This document shows, piece by piece, positions 29,601 through 39,100 of a DNA stretch of 64,000 bases (position 1 is the stretch's first letter; each line of letters starts with the position of its first letter). The notes beneath the pieces were generated by a model that was not told the DNA's origin, made no database searches, and saw only the letters and a list, made by a program, of their open reading frames with translations. The position numbers were made by a program, and so were the translations under genes. The stretch is from Acidobacteriota bacterium (GTDB lineage: Bacteria; Acidobacteriota; UBA6911; JACQSX01). The DNA is taken from assembly GCA_036507075.1 (NCBI GenBank), contig DASXQR010000192.1:1-64000 (forward strand), written 5' to 3'.

Positions 29601-29820
29601 CGACGCCTCGCTTGCAAAGTCATTCTCTTTAGGCGAGGAGCGTTCCCTGCAGTTCCGGACCGAAGTGTTCAATCTGCCGAACCATCCTGACTTTGCCGTT
29701 CCGTCGGGGAGGATCGTGTTTACGAATGCGGCCGCAGCAATTGCTCCCACGGCCGGAAGAATCACTTCAACGGTGACAACGTCAAGGCAAATTCAATTCG
29801 GGCTGAAGCTGACTTTCTGA
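26695..29820 (+). CDS. Oar-like TonB-dependent receptor with N-terminal carboxypeptidase-regulatory-like domain
   Basis: GTITDPSGA, DLPLNGR, YSAEFGR, RNQFGG, C-terminal RQIQFGLKLTF. Confidence 0.93.
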   Translation: MKYSRPCLLILFSALLLVNPSVYAQSVGATLQGTITDPSGAAVPGAVVTVRNINTGAINDVESDANGRYRLPLLPPGSYELRASSIGFQPIVQRGITLAVGQDAIVNISLKLGEMANEITVEARVSQINLTSAALSGLVDDKQIRDLPLNGRSFQQLALLQPGVSAALAAGNDVVGGRAPKISINGARPEQNNFLLDGTDINNVYNKTPGSVAGVLLGVDSVLEFQVLTNAYSAEFGRAAGGVINAVTRSGSNHFHGSLFEFHRNSALDAKNYFDPVNQTIPAFKRNQFGGTLGGAIQADKTFFFAAYEGLIERLGITGVTAVPDANARKGILPNRTVKLHPAIPRYLETLFPLPNGQPLGGGAAEYLFSRSQPTNEHYLQGRIDHRFSEVDSLWGRYTFDNGNVDRQPFNKPPMAFTKERSRNQYFTLEHHHTVSAQLLNTARFGFSRSTQEADNQRTISIPPELSWVPGEAFGYLTIAGLVTEMGGDFRLPRLDRLNNFQYDDTIFLTRGRHGMKLGFQAQRLQFNQDTVSQRGGIVNFANLESFLQGIAISVDVALPGLVDPVRGYRQSLFAFYAQDDFKFRPNLTFNLGLRYEFVTVPTEVNGKISNLRNVSDLRVTVGDPWHSNPSLKNFAPRVGIAWDPFGSGKTSVRAGFGIFYDEILPKYYFFSGSLNPPFTTRTSIPNPPFPNITADFDPTKPIKAQLQTVNFDLQTPYIMQYNFSLQRAFPGDVDLTVAYAGSRGNHLLRLGDANLAPEIVINGVKTYQPLQGRRNPNFTGVWQRVTDAQSFYNSLQLAAVKRSSHGLRAQASYTFSRSVDDSSGINSQDFDNSVQYAMDWYDRTLDRGLSSFHAKHNLTFNWTYDCPFGRSLTGIGGALLKGWQLNNITALRSGVPFTVRMGFNRSGNLNTTGFSIHERPNLKSGFSNSPVLGDPNRYFDVSAFELPPVNQRGNLGRNTLIGPGLVSIDASLAKSFSLGEERSLQFRTEVFNLPNHPDFAVPSGRIVFTNAAAAIAPTAGRITSTVTTSRQIQFGLKLTF

Positions 29821-29870
29821 AAAAACAAACGAACCGCCAAGAGCGCCAAGCACGCCAAGATCTTCACCCC

Positions 29871-30446
29871 CTGCCAATCTACGTCTTGGCCGGAGGACGC
29901 AGCTCGCGCTTTGGTTCCGACAAAGCGCGCATAACGATCCAGGGTGAGCCACTGCTGCTTCGTCTCGCCCGGACGCTGCAGCCCTTTGCTACTTCGCTGA
30001 CGATCGTGGCAGACGTCCAGGATAAGTACCGGGATCTGGGCCTGCGAACGATCGTCGATCGGGTGGGAGGTTTGGGCCCGATTGGCGGCCTGATTACAAC
30101 ACTGCATGACCGGGCAGAAGAAGGCTGGTTGCTTGTGACAGCATGCGATTGGATCGACGTCCGCCCGGTTTGGATCAAGCTGCTGCTGTCCGGTGCCGGC
30201 AGCGACGTTGAGGCTGTTGCCTTCAAGGGCGCGCTCTGGGAATCGCTGCTGACCTTGTTCCGCCCTTCGATCCGTCCCAGAGTTGAAAAAAACATCGCGC
30301 TCGGGCAGCTTTCCATCCGTCAACTGCTTGAAGAATCATCCACTCGGGCCCTCCCTCTCCCCCACGATTGGGAAAGTCGTTGGCACATCAACACGCCGCA
30401 GGATCTGGCCCGGTATTTGAGGATGGAGAGACGGAGGGACTGTTAA
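29871..30446 (+). CDS. mobA: Molybdenum cofactor guanylyltransferase; start codon uncertain
   Basis: LAGGRSSRFGSDKA, GPIGG, ACD, INTPQD; first beta strand LPIYV lies upstream of the TTG at 29886. Confidence 0.82.
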   Translation: MPIYVLAGGRSSRFGSDKARITIQGEPLLLRLARTLQPFATSLTIVADVQDKYRDLGLRTIVDRVGGLGPIGGLITTLHDRAEEGWLLVTACDWIDVRPVWIKLLLSGAGSDVEAVAFKGALWESLLTLFRPSIRPRVEKNIALGQLSIRQLLEESSTRALPLPHDWESRWHINTPQDLARYLRMERRRDC

Positions 30447-31330
30447 GGCCGCCCCGCGTATATCCGCACGTAGTCCACCTCGAATCTCGCCGGGAAAGCT
30501 GTTTGCGACGGATCGCCGCCGCTCGTTCCGCCGATGGCAAGATCAAGCAGGATGTAGTGCGGCTGGCGCAACGGGTTTTTGGCTTCTTGATCTTTATTGA
30601 AGGTTTTCCCAAGGTCAACGGTGTTCAGCAGGACATCGTCAACGTAAAGCTGGATACTATGCTCATCCCAATCCATTCGCCACACATGGAATTTCCTGGA
30701 CCAGTCAGGGTCGCCAAATTCGATCAGGGGCTTCCTGATGTCGTCCCATTCGGCCACCCATCGTTTGTCGGTTCCCCAGGCCGCATTTGCCAGCAGCATT
30801 CCCCGGTAATATTCCATAATGTCGATTTCGCCGTTGCGTGGCCATTGGCCATTGACCCCAAGGGTCCAGAAAGCAGGCCATAGTCCCGGACGAGTGTCGA
30901 TCCGCCCTCTCATTTCAAAGCGGCCATATTGCCAGGAGTGCATTCCTCTGGTCGTCATGCAGGCAGACGTGTAGTCGGCATATTCGCGGGTTGTTCTCCA
31001 ATCCCTGCCGTTTGGATCATAGTTCGGGTTCCGCTTGCGCTCTCGCCGGCCTTCGATGATCAGCAGGCCGTTTTCGCACCGGGCGTTGTCGGGCTGGTAC
31101 CACTGAAGCTCCTGGTTCCTGACAAAACCGGCTTCGTAGTTCCAGTTTCGGGAGTCCGGCCGTCCCTCCTGATTAAACTCATCGGCCCAAACCAGTTTCC
31201 AACCTTCCGCCGCGGGGTCGGACCTGCTGGCGGCCTGCACAAAGAGTCGCTCCTGGGCGCTGATCGCCACTCGAGCCCCTCCCATCAACAACACGATACT
31301 GAATGCCGGCAATGTACAGATGAGTTTCAT
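30443..31330 (-). CDS. Glycoside hydrolase family 16
   Basis: WKLVWADEF, GLWPAFW, EIDIME catalytic motif, FEVDYVRIY. Confidence 0.95.
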   Translation of the reverse strand: MKLICTLPAFSIVLLMGGARVAISAQERLFVQAASRSDPAAEGWKLVWADEFNQEGRPDSRNWNYEAGFVRNQELQWYQPDNARCENGLLIIEGRRERKRNPNYDPNGRDWRTTREYADYTSACMTTRGMHSWQYGRFEMRGRIDTRPGLWPAFWTLGVNGQWPRNGEIDIMEYYRGMLLANAAWGTDKRWVAEWDDIRKPLIEFGDPDWSRKFHVWRMDWDEHSIQLYVDDVLLNTVDLGKTFNKDQEAKNPLRQPHYILLDLAIGGTSGGDPSQTAFPARFEVDYVRIYAGRP

Positions 31331-31605
31331 GTCTTCACCCTGCTCACTCTACTTTGATTGGCCTGAGACCGTTGCTCCGCCACAGTCTGAGTCAGAACGC
31401 CTTTGGAAGCAAACGGCGGGAATCTTCAGTAGTGATTAGTTTGGCTGCCATCGGGAAAAAGATTCCCTCGACGGGCAGCGCAAACCAGACCACTGCGGAA
31501 TCTTCGCAGCACAGTGCAAAACCGGACTTGCGCTCCGGGTTCTTTGTGTCTTCGTGGTGAAAAACAATCACCATAAAGGCACAAAGAGCACAAAACCTCC
31601 GGCCA

Positions 31606-32931
31606 CTATTGCTTCTGGATGCAGTAGAGGAAGTCTGCGGTGCGGATAAAGATCTGGTTGCCGTCGGCGACGGGACTGGCCAGTGTATGGCTGTCGAGTT
31701 TGCTCACGCCGAGAATTTCAAACTCCGGGCCGACCTTCACCGCGGTGGTCGTGCCCTCTTCGTTGACGCAGTAGATCTTGCCGTCCGCAAGCAGAGGCGA
31801 GGAGCTGTAAGTTCCGCGCTCGATCCGCTGTCCCTGGTACACTACGGTCCCCGTGACGGCCTCCAGGCAGTTCATGATCCCGTTGTCAACAAGCACGTAA
31901 ATATACTTGCCGTCGGTGGTCGGGGTCGGGACATCGGCTCCCAGGTTGTTCGTCCACAATTCGTTCCGGCCGGTGATGACGCCCGAACCGCCTGCCCGAA
32001 AACCGATGAACGGGCGGCCGCGCGTGCTGGTGGTGAAAACATTGCCGCCAATCACAAGCGATGAGGCGATGGTGCGGTTTGCGGGATTGTTTGTCGGGTT
32101 AAAGCCTCCGATGCGCCAAATCTCTTTGCCGCTGTCCAGATCATGGCCGGTGGCGTAATCGGCTCCTGAAATCACCAGTTGTAGCTTTCCGGAAACCATG
32201 ACGATCTGCGGTGTCGCATAATTGTCGGGCGACTCCTGCACGGCATCGGTCGGCCGCTCCACCTTCCAGACGGTTTTCCCGGTGTTTTTGTCTACCGCAA
32301 ACACGTAGGACGGATCGTCGGTGTGCATCCCGTGAAGCACCTGGACATAGAGACGAGCGCCGTACATCAGAGGAGTAGAGGCGTAGCCGTGGTTGAATCC
32401 AAATCGTCCGTAGTCGGCCTGAATATCACGCTTCCAGACTTCCTTGCCATCCATCGTCAGGCAGGCCAGCTTGCCGTTGCCTGTTGCGATCCAGACACTC
32501 TTGCCGTCGGTGATCGGCGAAGGTGAAGCGGAATTCTGCTTGCGGAAGAGTTGATTCCCGCTGTCGATCTGACTTTGCCAGCGGATGGAACCGTCTTTGC
32601 GGTTGACGGCGAGCAGAAAGATTTTGTCCGGACTCGGCTCACCCGCGGAGCGGCGGCGCCCCTCGCCCAGTCGCACAAATCCCTCTTCGGCTGAGGTGAT
32701 GAAGATGCTGTCTCCCCAGACGATCGGAGTCGCCGCACTCCAACTCGGCAGCTTCGTCCGCCACCGGATGTTTTGCGTCTCCGTCCAGGTCACCGGGAGA
32801 TCGCGGGCGGATTGCGTGCTGCCGTTCGAATTCGGACCGCGCCACTGGGCCCAGTTCGCCAACAGCGTCCCTGCCGCAGGGAGACAAACAAAAAAACCAA
32901 AAATCCAGAGAGCCTTTCGACGATTATTCAA
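31606..32931 (-). CDS. PQQ-binding-like beta-propeller protein
   Basis: WAQWRGP, repeated ATP/SSP..G..W blades, signal peptide. Confidence 0.9.
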   Translation of the reverse strand: MNNRRKALWIFGFFVCLPAAGTLLANWAQWRGPNSNGSTQSARDLPVTWTETQNIRWRTKLPSWSAATPIVWGDSIFITSAEEGFVRLGEGRRRSAGEPSPDKIFLLAVNRKDGSIRWQSQIDSGNQLFRKQNSASPSPITDGKSVWIATGNGKLACLTMDGKEVWKRDIQADYGRFGFNHGYASTPLMYGARLYVQVLHGMHTDDPSYVFAVDKNTGKTVWKVERPTDAVQESPDNYATPQIVMVSGKLQLVISGADYATGHDLDSGKEIWRIGGFNPTNNPANRTIASSLVIGGNVFTTSTRGRPFIGFRAGGSGVITGRNELWTNNLGADVPTPTTDGKYIYVLVDNGIMNCLEAVTGTVVYQGQRIERGTYSSSPLLADGKIYCVNEEGTTTAVKVGPEFEILGVSKLDSHTLASPVADGNQIFIRTADFLYCIQKQ

Positions 32932-33038
32932 TCAATCACCTCGTGATGAGCCGTAACTTCGAAGACTTGATATTACAATTTAAACCCGCCGCGATCAAAG
33001 CCGGTTTTGCGGATCCCTCTGTGTCCTTTGCACTACTA

Positions 33039-33194
33039 ACCATAAGAATTTTCGCGGCCTGCGCAAATTATTCGCGAGCGGAGAGACGGCCTGAGGGCCG
33101 TCTCAGCTTGGCAGGGCACCGCAGAGAGACGGCCCTCAGGCCGTCTCTCCTTGACTTTTGGTTGCGGCTTCGCCGCGCTCTGTCTCTGTGGTGA
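33039..33194. repeat. MITE/REPIN-like element, inverted relative of 15785-16000
   Basis: ACCATAAGAATTTTCGCGGCCTGCGCAAATTATTCG, paired GAGACGGCC cores, CTTTTGGTTGCGGCTTCGCCGCGC. Confidence 0.85.
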
Positions 33195-33285
33195 CTCTAA
33201 CATTTGACCACAGAGACACAGAGGACACAGGGGGGCAAGTAAGCACCGTTCGCTGTATACTGCGATACGCAGAGGTCGAATAGCG

Positions 33286-34011
33286 ATGAAAAGAATTGTG
33301 ATTGCAATACTGTGTGGATGCATCCTTCTGGCTGCCGCCGGCAGCCGGGCGAGCGGCATTCCCGTACCCGAATTTCGGGACTTGTTTAACGGCAGGGACC
33401 TGACCGGTTGGGTTAACGTCAATACCGCCGAGTATACATGGCAGGTTCGGGACGGCGCGCTGGTGTGTTCCGGGCATCCCATCGGCGTGATGCGAAGCGA
33501 TAAGCAATACGAAAACTTTATCCTTCACATTGAGTGGATGCACATGGAACCGGGAGGAAACTCTGGAGTGTTCGTGTGGAGCGGAGCGCGTCCCAATCCC
33601 AGCAGCCGGCTTCCGGACGGGGTTGAGGTCCAGATGCTGGAACTGGACTGGCCCAACCTGCACAAGCAGGATGGAAAGACTCCTCCCGTCGCCTATGTCC
33701 ACGGGGAACTCTTCGGTGTCGGCGGAGTAAAAACGATGCCCGACAATCCGCGGGGCGAAAGGAGCATGTCGATCGAAAATCGCTGCAAGGGACGGGGCGA
33801 GTGGAATACTTACGACGTAGTAGCCGTCGATGGCGTCATCAAGCTCTCCGTGAATGGAAAGTTTGTCAACGGCATCAGCGGCGCGACCCAGAAGAAGGGC
33901 TACCTCTGCCTGGAATCCGAAGGAGCAGAAATCCACTTTCGTAACATCAAGATCCTGGAATTACCGCCGGGCGTGACCGCCCCCAACCAGGCTGCCCCCG
34001 AGCTTGATTAA
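33286..34011 (+). CDS. DUF1080 (3-keto-disaccharide hydrolase-like) protein
   Basis: [31 protein letters not shown]. Confidence 0.9.
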   Translation: MKRIVIAILCGCILLAAAGSRASGIPVPEFRDLFNGRDLTGWVNVNTAEYTWQVRDGALVCSGHPIGVMRSDKQYENFILHIEWMHMEPGGNSGVFVWSGARPNPSSRLPDGVEVQMLELDWPNLHKQDGKTPPVAYVHGELFGVGGVKTMPDNPRGERSMSIENRCKGRGEWNTYDVVAVDGVIKLSVNGKFVNGISGATQKKGYLCLESEGAEIHFRNIKILELPPGVTAPNQAAPELD

Positions 34012-34039
34012 ACGGAGAGGTCCCTTACCTCGTGTCACC

Positions 34040-34069
34040 CGTAGAGACGCGGCATGCCGCGTCTCTACG
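34040..34069. repeat. Perfect 30-bp REP palindrome between convergent genes
   Basis: CGTAGAGACGCGGCATGCCGCGTCTCTACG. Confidence 0.9.
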
Positions 34070-34120
34070 ACTGCGAGCTTGTAAAGGGGGCGACTTAATG
34101 CAGTTTTGGATCCCTTGCCG

Positions 34121-35686
34121 CTAATTCGGCTTTCTCCATTCCATTACGGCTCCCGCCTTGCGCAGCCGTGCTGTCAATTCGACTGTGTCAACGTCCTGTA
34201 CCGGTTTTCTGGCGCTGATAGCCATTTTTGCCGCGACTCCCGCTGCCTGCCCGATGATCATGTATTGCGGTTCCATCCGCAGCGTCGAATAGGCCACGTG
34301 CGAGGCTGAAAACGCCACCGGCACCAGAAGATTTCCGGCCTCTTCTTTCTTCGGCAGCAGTATCCGGTATGGAACCTGATAAGGCGTGACGGGGACCTGC
34401 ATGTCGCCTTCGTTTTCAACCGCTCCGTCCGAAGTGGCGACGCGTTGAATGTTATGCGAGTCGCTGTTGTAGGATCCCATCCCGATGACGTCCGGTTTTG
34501 TGAGATCCGTCTGGATATCTTTTTGCGACATCACGAAGGCTCCGACCATGCGCCGGGACTCCCGCACGTACAACTGGTAAGGCCAATTCTGATTGTCGGC
34601 GAATTCATCTTTGGCCAAGCCGATTTCGCGCACTTTCTGCTGCAGGTCGGCGGGAACATGAGAATCATTGGCGAGAAAATAAAAGAACCCGGCGACGTAA
34701 TCGCGATGGGCCTTCCAGATCTGCTGGCGCTGCTGGTAGCCGGCGTCCGGGTAATTCCAGTTTCCGCCGATGTAATCGGTGGAAAACGCGCCATTGTTGT
34801 TTACGTCGAACTTCCCGTTCTTCAGCGGGTCGGGCTTCATCACGTCGGACAACTTCCATTGCCTCGGCGACATTGCCTGAAGCAGCCGCGCCAGTAACTC
34901 GTACCGATGCGGATCGTAATTGTCGGGCCGGGGAAACGGGACCCGGTTTTCTTTCACGTTGGTAACGCACATCCGAAAGTTGTAAGCCTGCACTTTTCGA
35001 TCGGCCGCGCAAGGTTCGCCCTTGGGACCGGCGAAAACCTCCGGGAGCAACCGGCCGTTTGCGTTGTAAGGAGAGACCTTGACCAGGAACTGATGTTTTG
35101 GCGTGTGATCGCGCACGCCCGCGAGTGACTCCCCGTACTGGCTGCACCCTTCGCGTCCCCAGGTGTAGGAAACGCCGCTCTGCGCCATCAGGTCACCTTC
35201 ATAGCTGGCGTCGGCATAGATTAAGGCTTCAAAGGCATCGCCGTTTTCAGTGACGATCCTGCGAATCTGACGCCCTTCTTTAAGCACGCCCTTCATCTCT
35301 TTGAGACGATGCTGCAGAAACACCTCGACACCGGCCTCGCGGGCCATCTCACTAAACACCTGCTCGGCGACATGCGGCTCGAAGTACCAGGTAATCGGCT
35401 CGCTGTAGTGCTTCCCCACTCGTTGGAAGAACTGAAGCGAGTATCCTCCGATCACCTCCTTCTTTCCATGATCTGTCCAGCTCAGCCCGCCGCTGACCAT
35501 GCCGCCAAGGTGCCGGCCGGGTTCAAGCAGCGCTACGCGCAAACCTTCCCTGGCCGCCGAGTACGCAGTGATTACGCCGCCGGCCGTTCCCCCATAAACC
35601 ACCACATCGAACTTTCGTGTGGCCGCCGAGGCGGATGTGAAAAGGAAGTAAAAGAACAAGAGTGTCGTCGGGAACCTCTTAAGCAT
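34121..35686 (-). CDS. FAD-dependent oxidoreductase, secreted
   Basis: DVVVYGGTAGG, DASYEGDL, YVRESRRM, SASHVAYSTLRMEP; start ATG 35686 with GAGGAG RBS. Confidence 0.9.
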   Translation of the reverse strand: MLKRFPTTLLFFYFLFTSASAATRKFDVVVYGGTAGGVITAYSAAREGLRVALLEPGRHLGGMVSGGLSWTDHGKKEVIGGYSLQFFQRVGKHYSEPITWYFEPHVAEQVFSEMAREAGVEVFLQHRLKEMKGVLKEGRQIRRIVTENGDAFEALIYADASYEGDLMAQSGVSYTWGREGCSQYGESLAGVRDHTPKHQFLVKVSPYNANGRLLPEVFAGPKGEPCAADRKVQAYNFRMCVTNVKENRVPFPRPDNYDPHRYELLARLLQAMSPRQWKLSDVMKPDPLKNGKFDVNNNGAFSTDYIGGNWNYPDAGYQQRQQIWKAHRDYVAGFFYFLANDSHVPADLQQKVREIGLAKDEFADNQNWPYQLYVRESRRMVGAFVMSQKDIQTDLTKPDVIGMGSYNSDSHNIQRVATSDGAVENEGDMQVPVTPYQVPYRILLPKKEEAGNLLVPVAFSASHVAYSTLRMEPQYMIIGQAAGVAAKMAISARKPVQDVDTVELTARLRKAGAVMEWRKPN

Positions 35687-35726
35687 GATTTCTCCTCGAT
35701 CTAATTTGGTAACGAGCTGCAACAAG

Positions 35727-36102
35727 TTTTCGCCACAAAGACGCAGCCGGCCACAGGCCGCAACCAAAAGCGTCATTGGTCATTGGTCGTCGGTCATTAG
35801 TCATTTTCACTACCAGCCGAACCGCGCCCGTCAGCAAGCGGACTCTCCAGTTTGCCACGAAGACACGAAGACACGAAGAAGCGCTATTCATTTGAAGTGA
35901 CACTTCTCATAACTCGAACCGCTTGTCTGAGAAGCGGCACTTCCAGCTCAATCGTTGTTTTGCGTGTCTTCGTGCCTTCGTGGCAAATCCCAGCGGAGGG
36001 TCCGCTTGCTGATGCGCGCGGTTCGGCTGGTAGTGAAATGACTAATGACCAATGACGCCTTTGGTTGCGCCCTGCGGCCGGGTTGTGTCTTTGTGGTCAA
36101 AA
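35727..36102. repeat. Five-layer nested palindromic element
   Basis: 9-mer end / GGTTGC hairpin / 7-mer / 43-bp arm / 9-mer, mirrored on both sides of an about 85 nt core. Confidence 0.92.
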
Positions 36103-36116
36103 TGTTCGCCGAGTCG

Positions 36117-39100
36117 CTAAAACATTAGCCGCATTCCCAGTTGGATCCGCCGGGCGGGCAGAGAGCTCAGAACTTTTCCAAAATTTGCGTTCGTATTCAC
36201 TCCCGCGGCATTCGGTTGAAACGTCACGCTCGGATCGTTCAGATTTACCCGGTTAAACGCGTTGAATGCTTCGCCCCGAATCTCGAGTTTGACTTCTTCC
36301 CGCACGGGAACAGTCTTGAACAGAGACAACGACAAGTCTTTGTATCCGGGTCCGCGCGTGTGAGGAAGCGTACGCGGCACGTTCCCGATTACAAAGTCCG
36401 GGGGATTGCGGAACGCGTCGGTGTTAAACCAGCGCGCCGCATTGCGCTGATCAGACGGCAGGCTTGGTTCGCCCACCAGGTCGGGCCAGCCGATCCCAGT
36501 GAAGTTGTTGGCGCCGCGAATTGCGAGCGGGCTGCCGTTCTGCAGAGTCAGGATGCCGTTCAATTGCCACTCCCCGACAATGGCGGCAATCCAGCCACCC
36601 TGGCCCATCCAGCGCCTTCCTTTTCCCACCGGCAAATCATAAACCGTGCTCAATACCATGCGCCTGGATACATCGCTGACGTCAATGGCGCGGTCCAGCC
36701 GCCGGTTCAAACGCCCGATGCGGAATTCCCCTCCTGTTCCGCTGCCGTCGTTGCTCGAGAAAGAGTCGTCGATCAGTTTGGATCCGGTAAAGGAGAGCAG
36801 CGCCGACAAACCGCCTGAGAAGCGGCGTTCCACCGTCATTTGGAAAGAATGATACGTGCTGCAAGCTCCGTGCTCGCCCAGCGTATTGATGGTGAGATAG
36901 TCAGGAAAGGGGCGAAGCAACTGGTCCTGGCGCACGTTGACGGTGGATAGGGTTCCGGAAGTAATTTGCCCAAAGAAGGGATTCGGCACCTGTTTTTGCA
37001 AATCCAGACCGAGAGCATAGTACTTGGGATCAAGTTGGTTGAGATTATAGTTGGCGCCAAACAGGTGCACTCCGCGGTTTCCCGCATAGGTCGTTGCGAC
37101 CACCCAGTTTCCGGCAAGCTCCCGCTGGATAGTGAGGTTCCACTGCTGCACGTAAGGAGTGCCTGATCGCATCGCTTGGAACCGCACATCCTGCCCGCGA
37201 AAGGCCGAAGGCCCCCCGGTTGCCCCTTTCGGCTGCAACAACACGCTCGGACCCTGACTGAATTGAAACGCCTTGACGGGCGCGCCGCCGGGTGCAGCGA
37301 AAGTATTATTGATGCTGAAGCCAAGAGAGTTTGAATTGTCACCTGCCGTGTCGCCGCTCTCCAGCAGGCTGTAGATCAACCCATAACCACCGCGAATCGC
37401 CGTCTTGCCGTCTCCGGTCAAGTCATAAGCAAAGCCAAAACGGGGTCCAAAGTTGTTTCGCGCAGGGCGTGTAAAATGCCGGTCCTTGGTGACGCCCGCG
37501 TACTGCAGAACGCCCGGCCGGCCGGTTTCGGAATTGACAATGAAAGGATCGAAGTTGGAGCTGCGGTTCCAGCGTTCCACCGGGCCCGATTCCAGATCGT
37601 AGCGCAGCCCGAGATTCAGCGTGAGACGCCGCGTCAGCTTGAAATCGTCCTGGACATAAGTCCCGTTGGACCAGTTATCGAAAGAAAAAAACGGCCTCAC
37701 CGACTGGCTGCCACTTGACACCTCGCCCAGTAGAAACGTGGCCATCCCGAAACCGGTCCCGGCCGGCCTCTGCGGATTACTGGTCAGTCCTCCATCGAAA
37801 GTGAAGTTGCCGGAAGGATTGAGCCGGTTGACGAAGTTCAGTCTTTGCCATCGTTGGTCCGTTCCCATTTTGATGACATGCCTGCCGGTGATGACCGTCA
37901 GGCTGTCGGCAACTTGTATAACGTGCTGCCGCCTGTGCCCGCCGGCAAATCCACCGCGTGCTGAGCCAATGGAGAGCATTCCCGAAATGCCCACCGGGGG
38001 AAACGCGTCCTGGGGAAATATGGAAGGGAATCCTAGTTTCTTCGGCCACTCTTTATCGAAGCTGGGATGCGTGAAGATCAGATACTGGCGCGTTCCGTTC
38101 AGCCGCAGCTCGTTGATCACTCGAGGAGAAAATGTATGCGTCTCCGCTACGATCAGATTGTGATTGTTACGTTGGTCGTCTCGTGCGTCCGTGTCGGCAT
38201 CCTCCGTCGGCAGTCCCCAGGCGCGAAACAAGCGTGTATTTTTGGTCCCCGTATAGCGACCAAACAGCGCGTCCTTTTCAGTAACCTTATGGTCGATGCG
38301 TGTGGTGAGTTGGAATTGATCGATGGGAAATCCCTGCAGCGAGAGGTAATTATTGGAGTTGCTGAACGGATTGTTGGGCGCCACGTTCGGCAGCGGCATG
38401 TATTTGAGAACGCTGAGCGATAATTTATCAAAGCGCCCGGAGGGAACAATATTTCCGGGAAATGGATCGCGCACGAAACCGCTGCCATTGGGGTTGGGCT
38501 TGGTAGTGGCCGGGTCGTAAATGACTATCAGGGCGCCCTGACCGTCGCGGGTCTTGGAAAAATCGCCCGCGCGCTCCGCCTCGGTCGGCACGGTAGCGCG
38601 ATTGATGTTGGCGGTGCGGAAATTCCACTGTTCGGCTCCAACAAAGAAGAACGTGCGGTCTTTGCCATGATACAGCCCCGGGATCCAGACCGGTCCGCCG
38701 GCAGTGCCGCCATATTGGTTGTATCGAAGAACCGGTTTTGTGCGGCCCGTGACAGGGTCCCGCGTCGTCACAAACGCATTGCGGGCGTCCAGCGAGTCGT
38801 TGCGCAGAAATTCATAGAGTGAACCGTGAAATTGATTCGTGCCGCCGCGCGTCACGACGTTGATAACACCGCCACTGGTTTGTCCGAATTCGGCGGGCAG
38901 GGCGTTGGTGTGAACCTTGAATTCTTCGACCGAGTCGACCATCGGCACCACGCTGATCTCATTGTGCACCGGAATCGTGTTGGTCCCCCCGTCCAGGTAA
39001 ACCTGATTGCTGTAGACCGGGCCCCCGTTGAAGCTGATCTGCGAAAACCCCTGGTTATCCACCTCGGCGAAACCATCACGGTCTTTGAGCCGGGGCTGGA

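Noticed and set aside
31410..31510. Imperfect hairpin with alternative pairing upstream of the GH16 gene
   Set aside because: GTTTGGCTGCC/GGCAGCGCAAAC and GGGAATCTT/AAGATTCCC pairings exist, but I cannot match a riboswitch or exclude chance.
33034..33170. Integron attC site (AAC...GTT ends)
   Set aside because: The ends do not fit RYYYAAC/GTTRRRY, and there is no cassette array or integrase.
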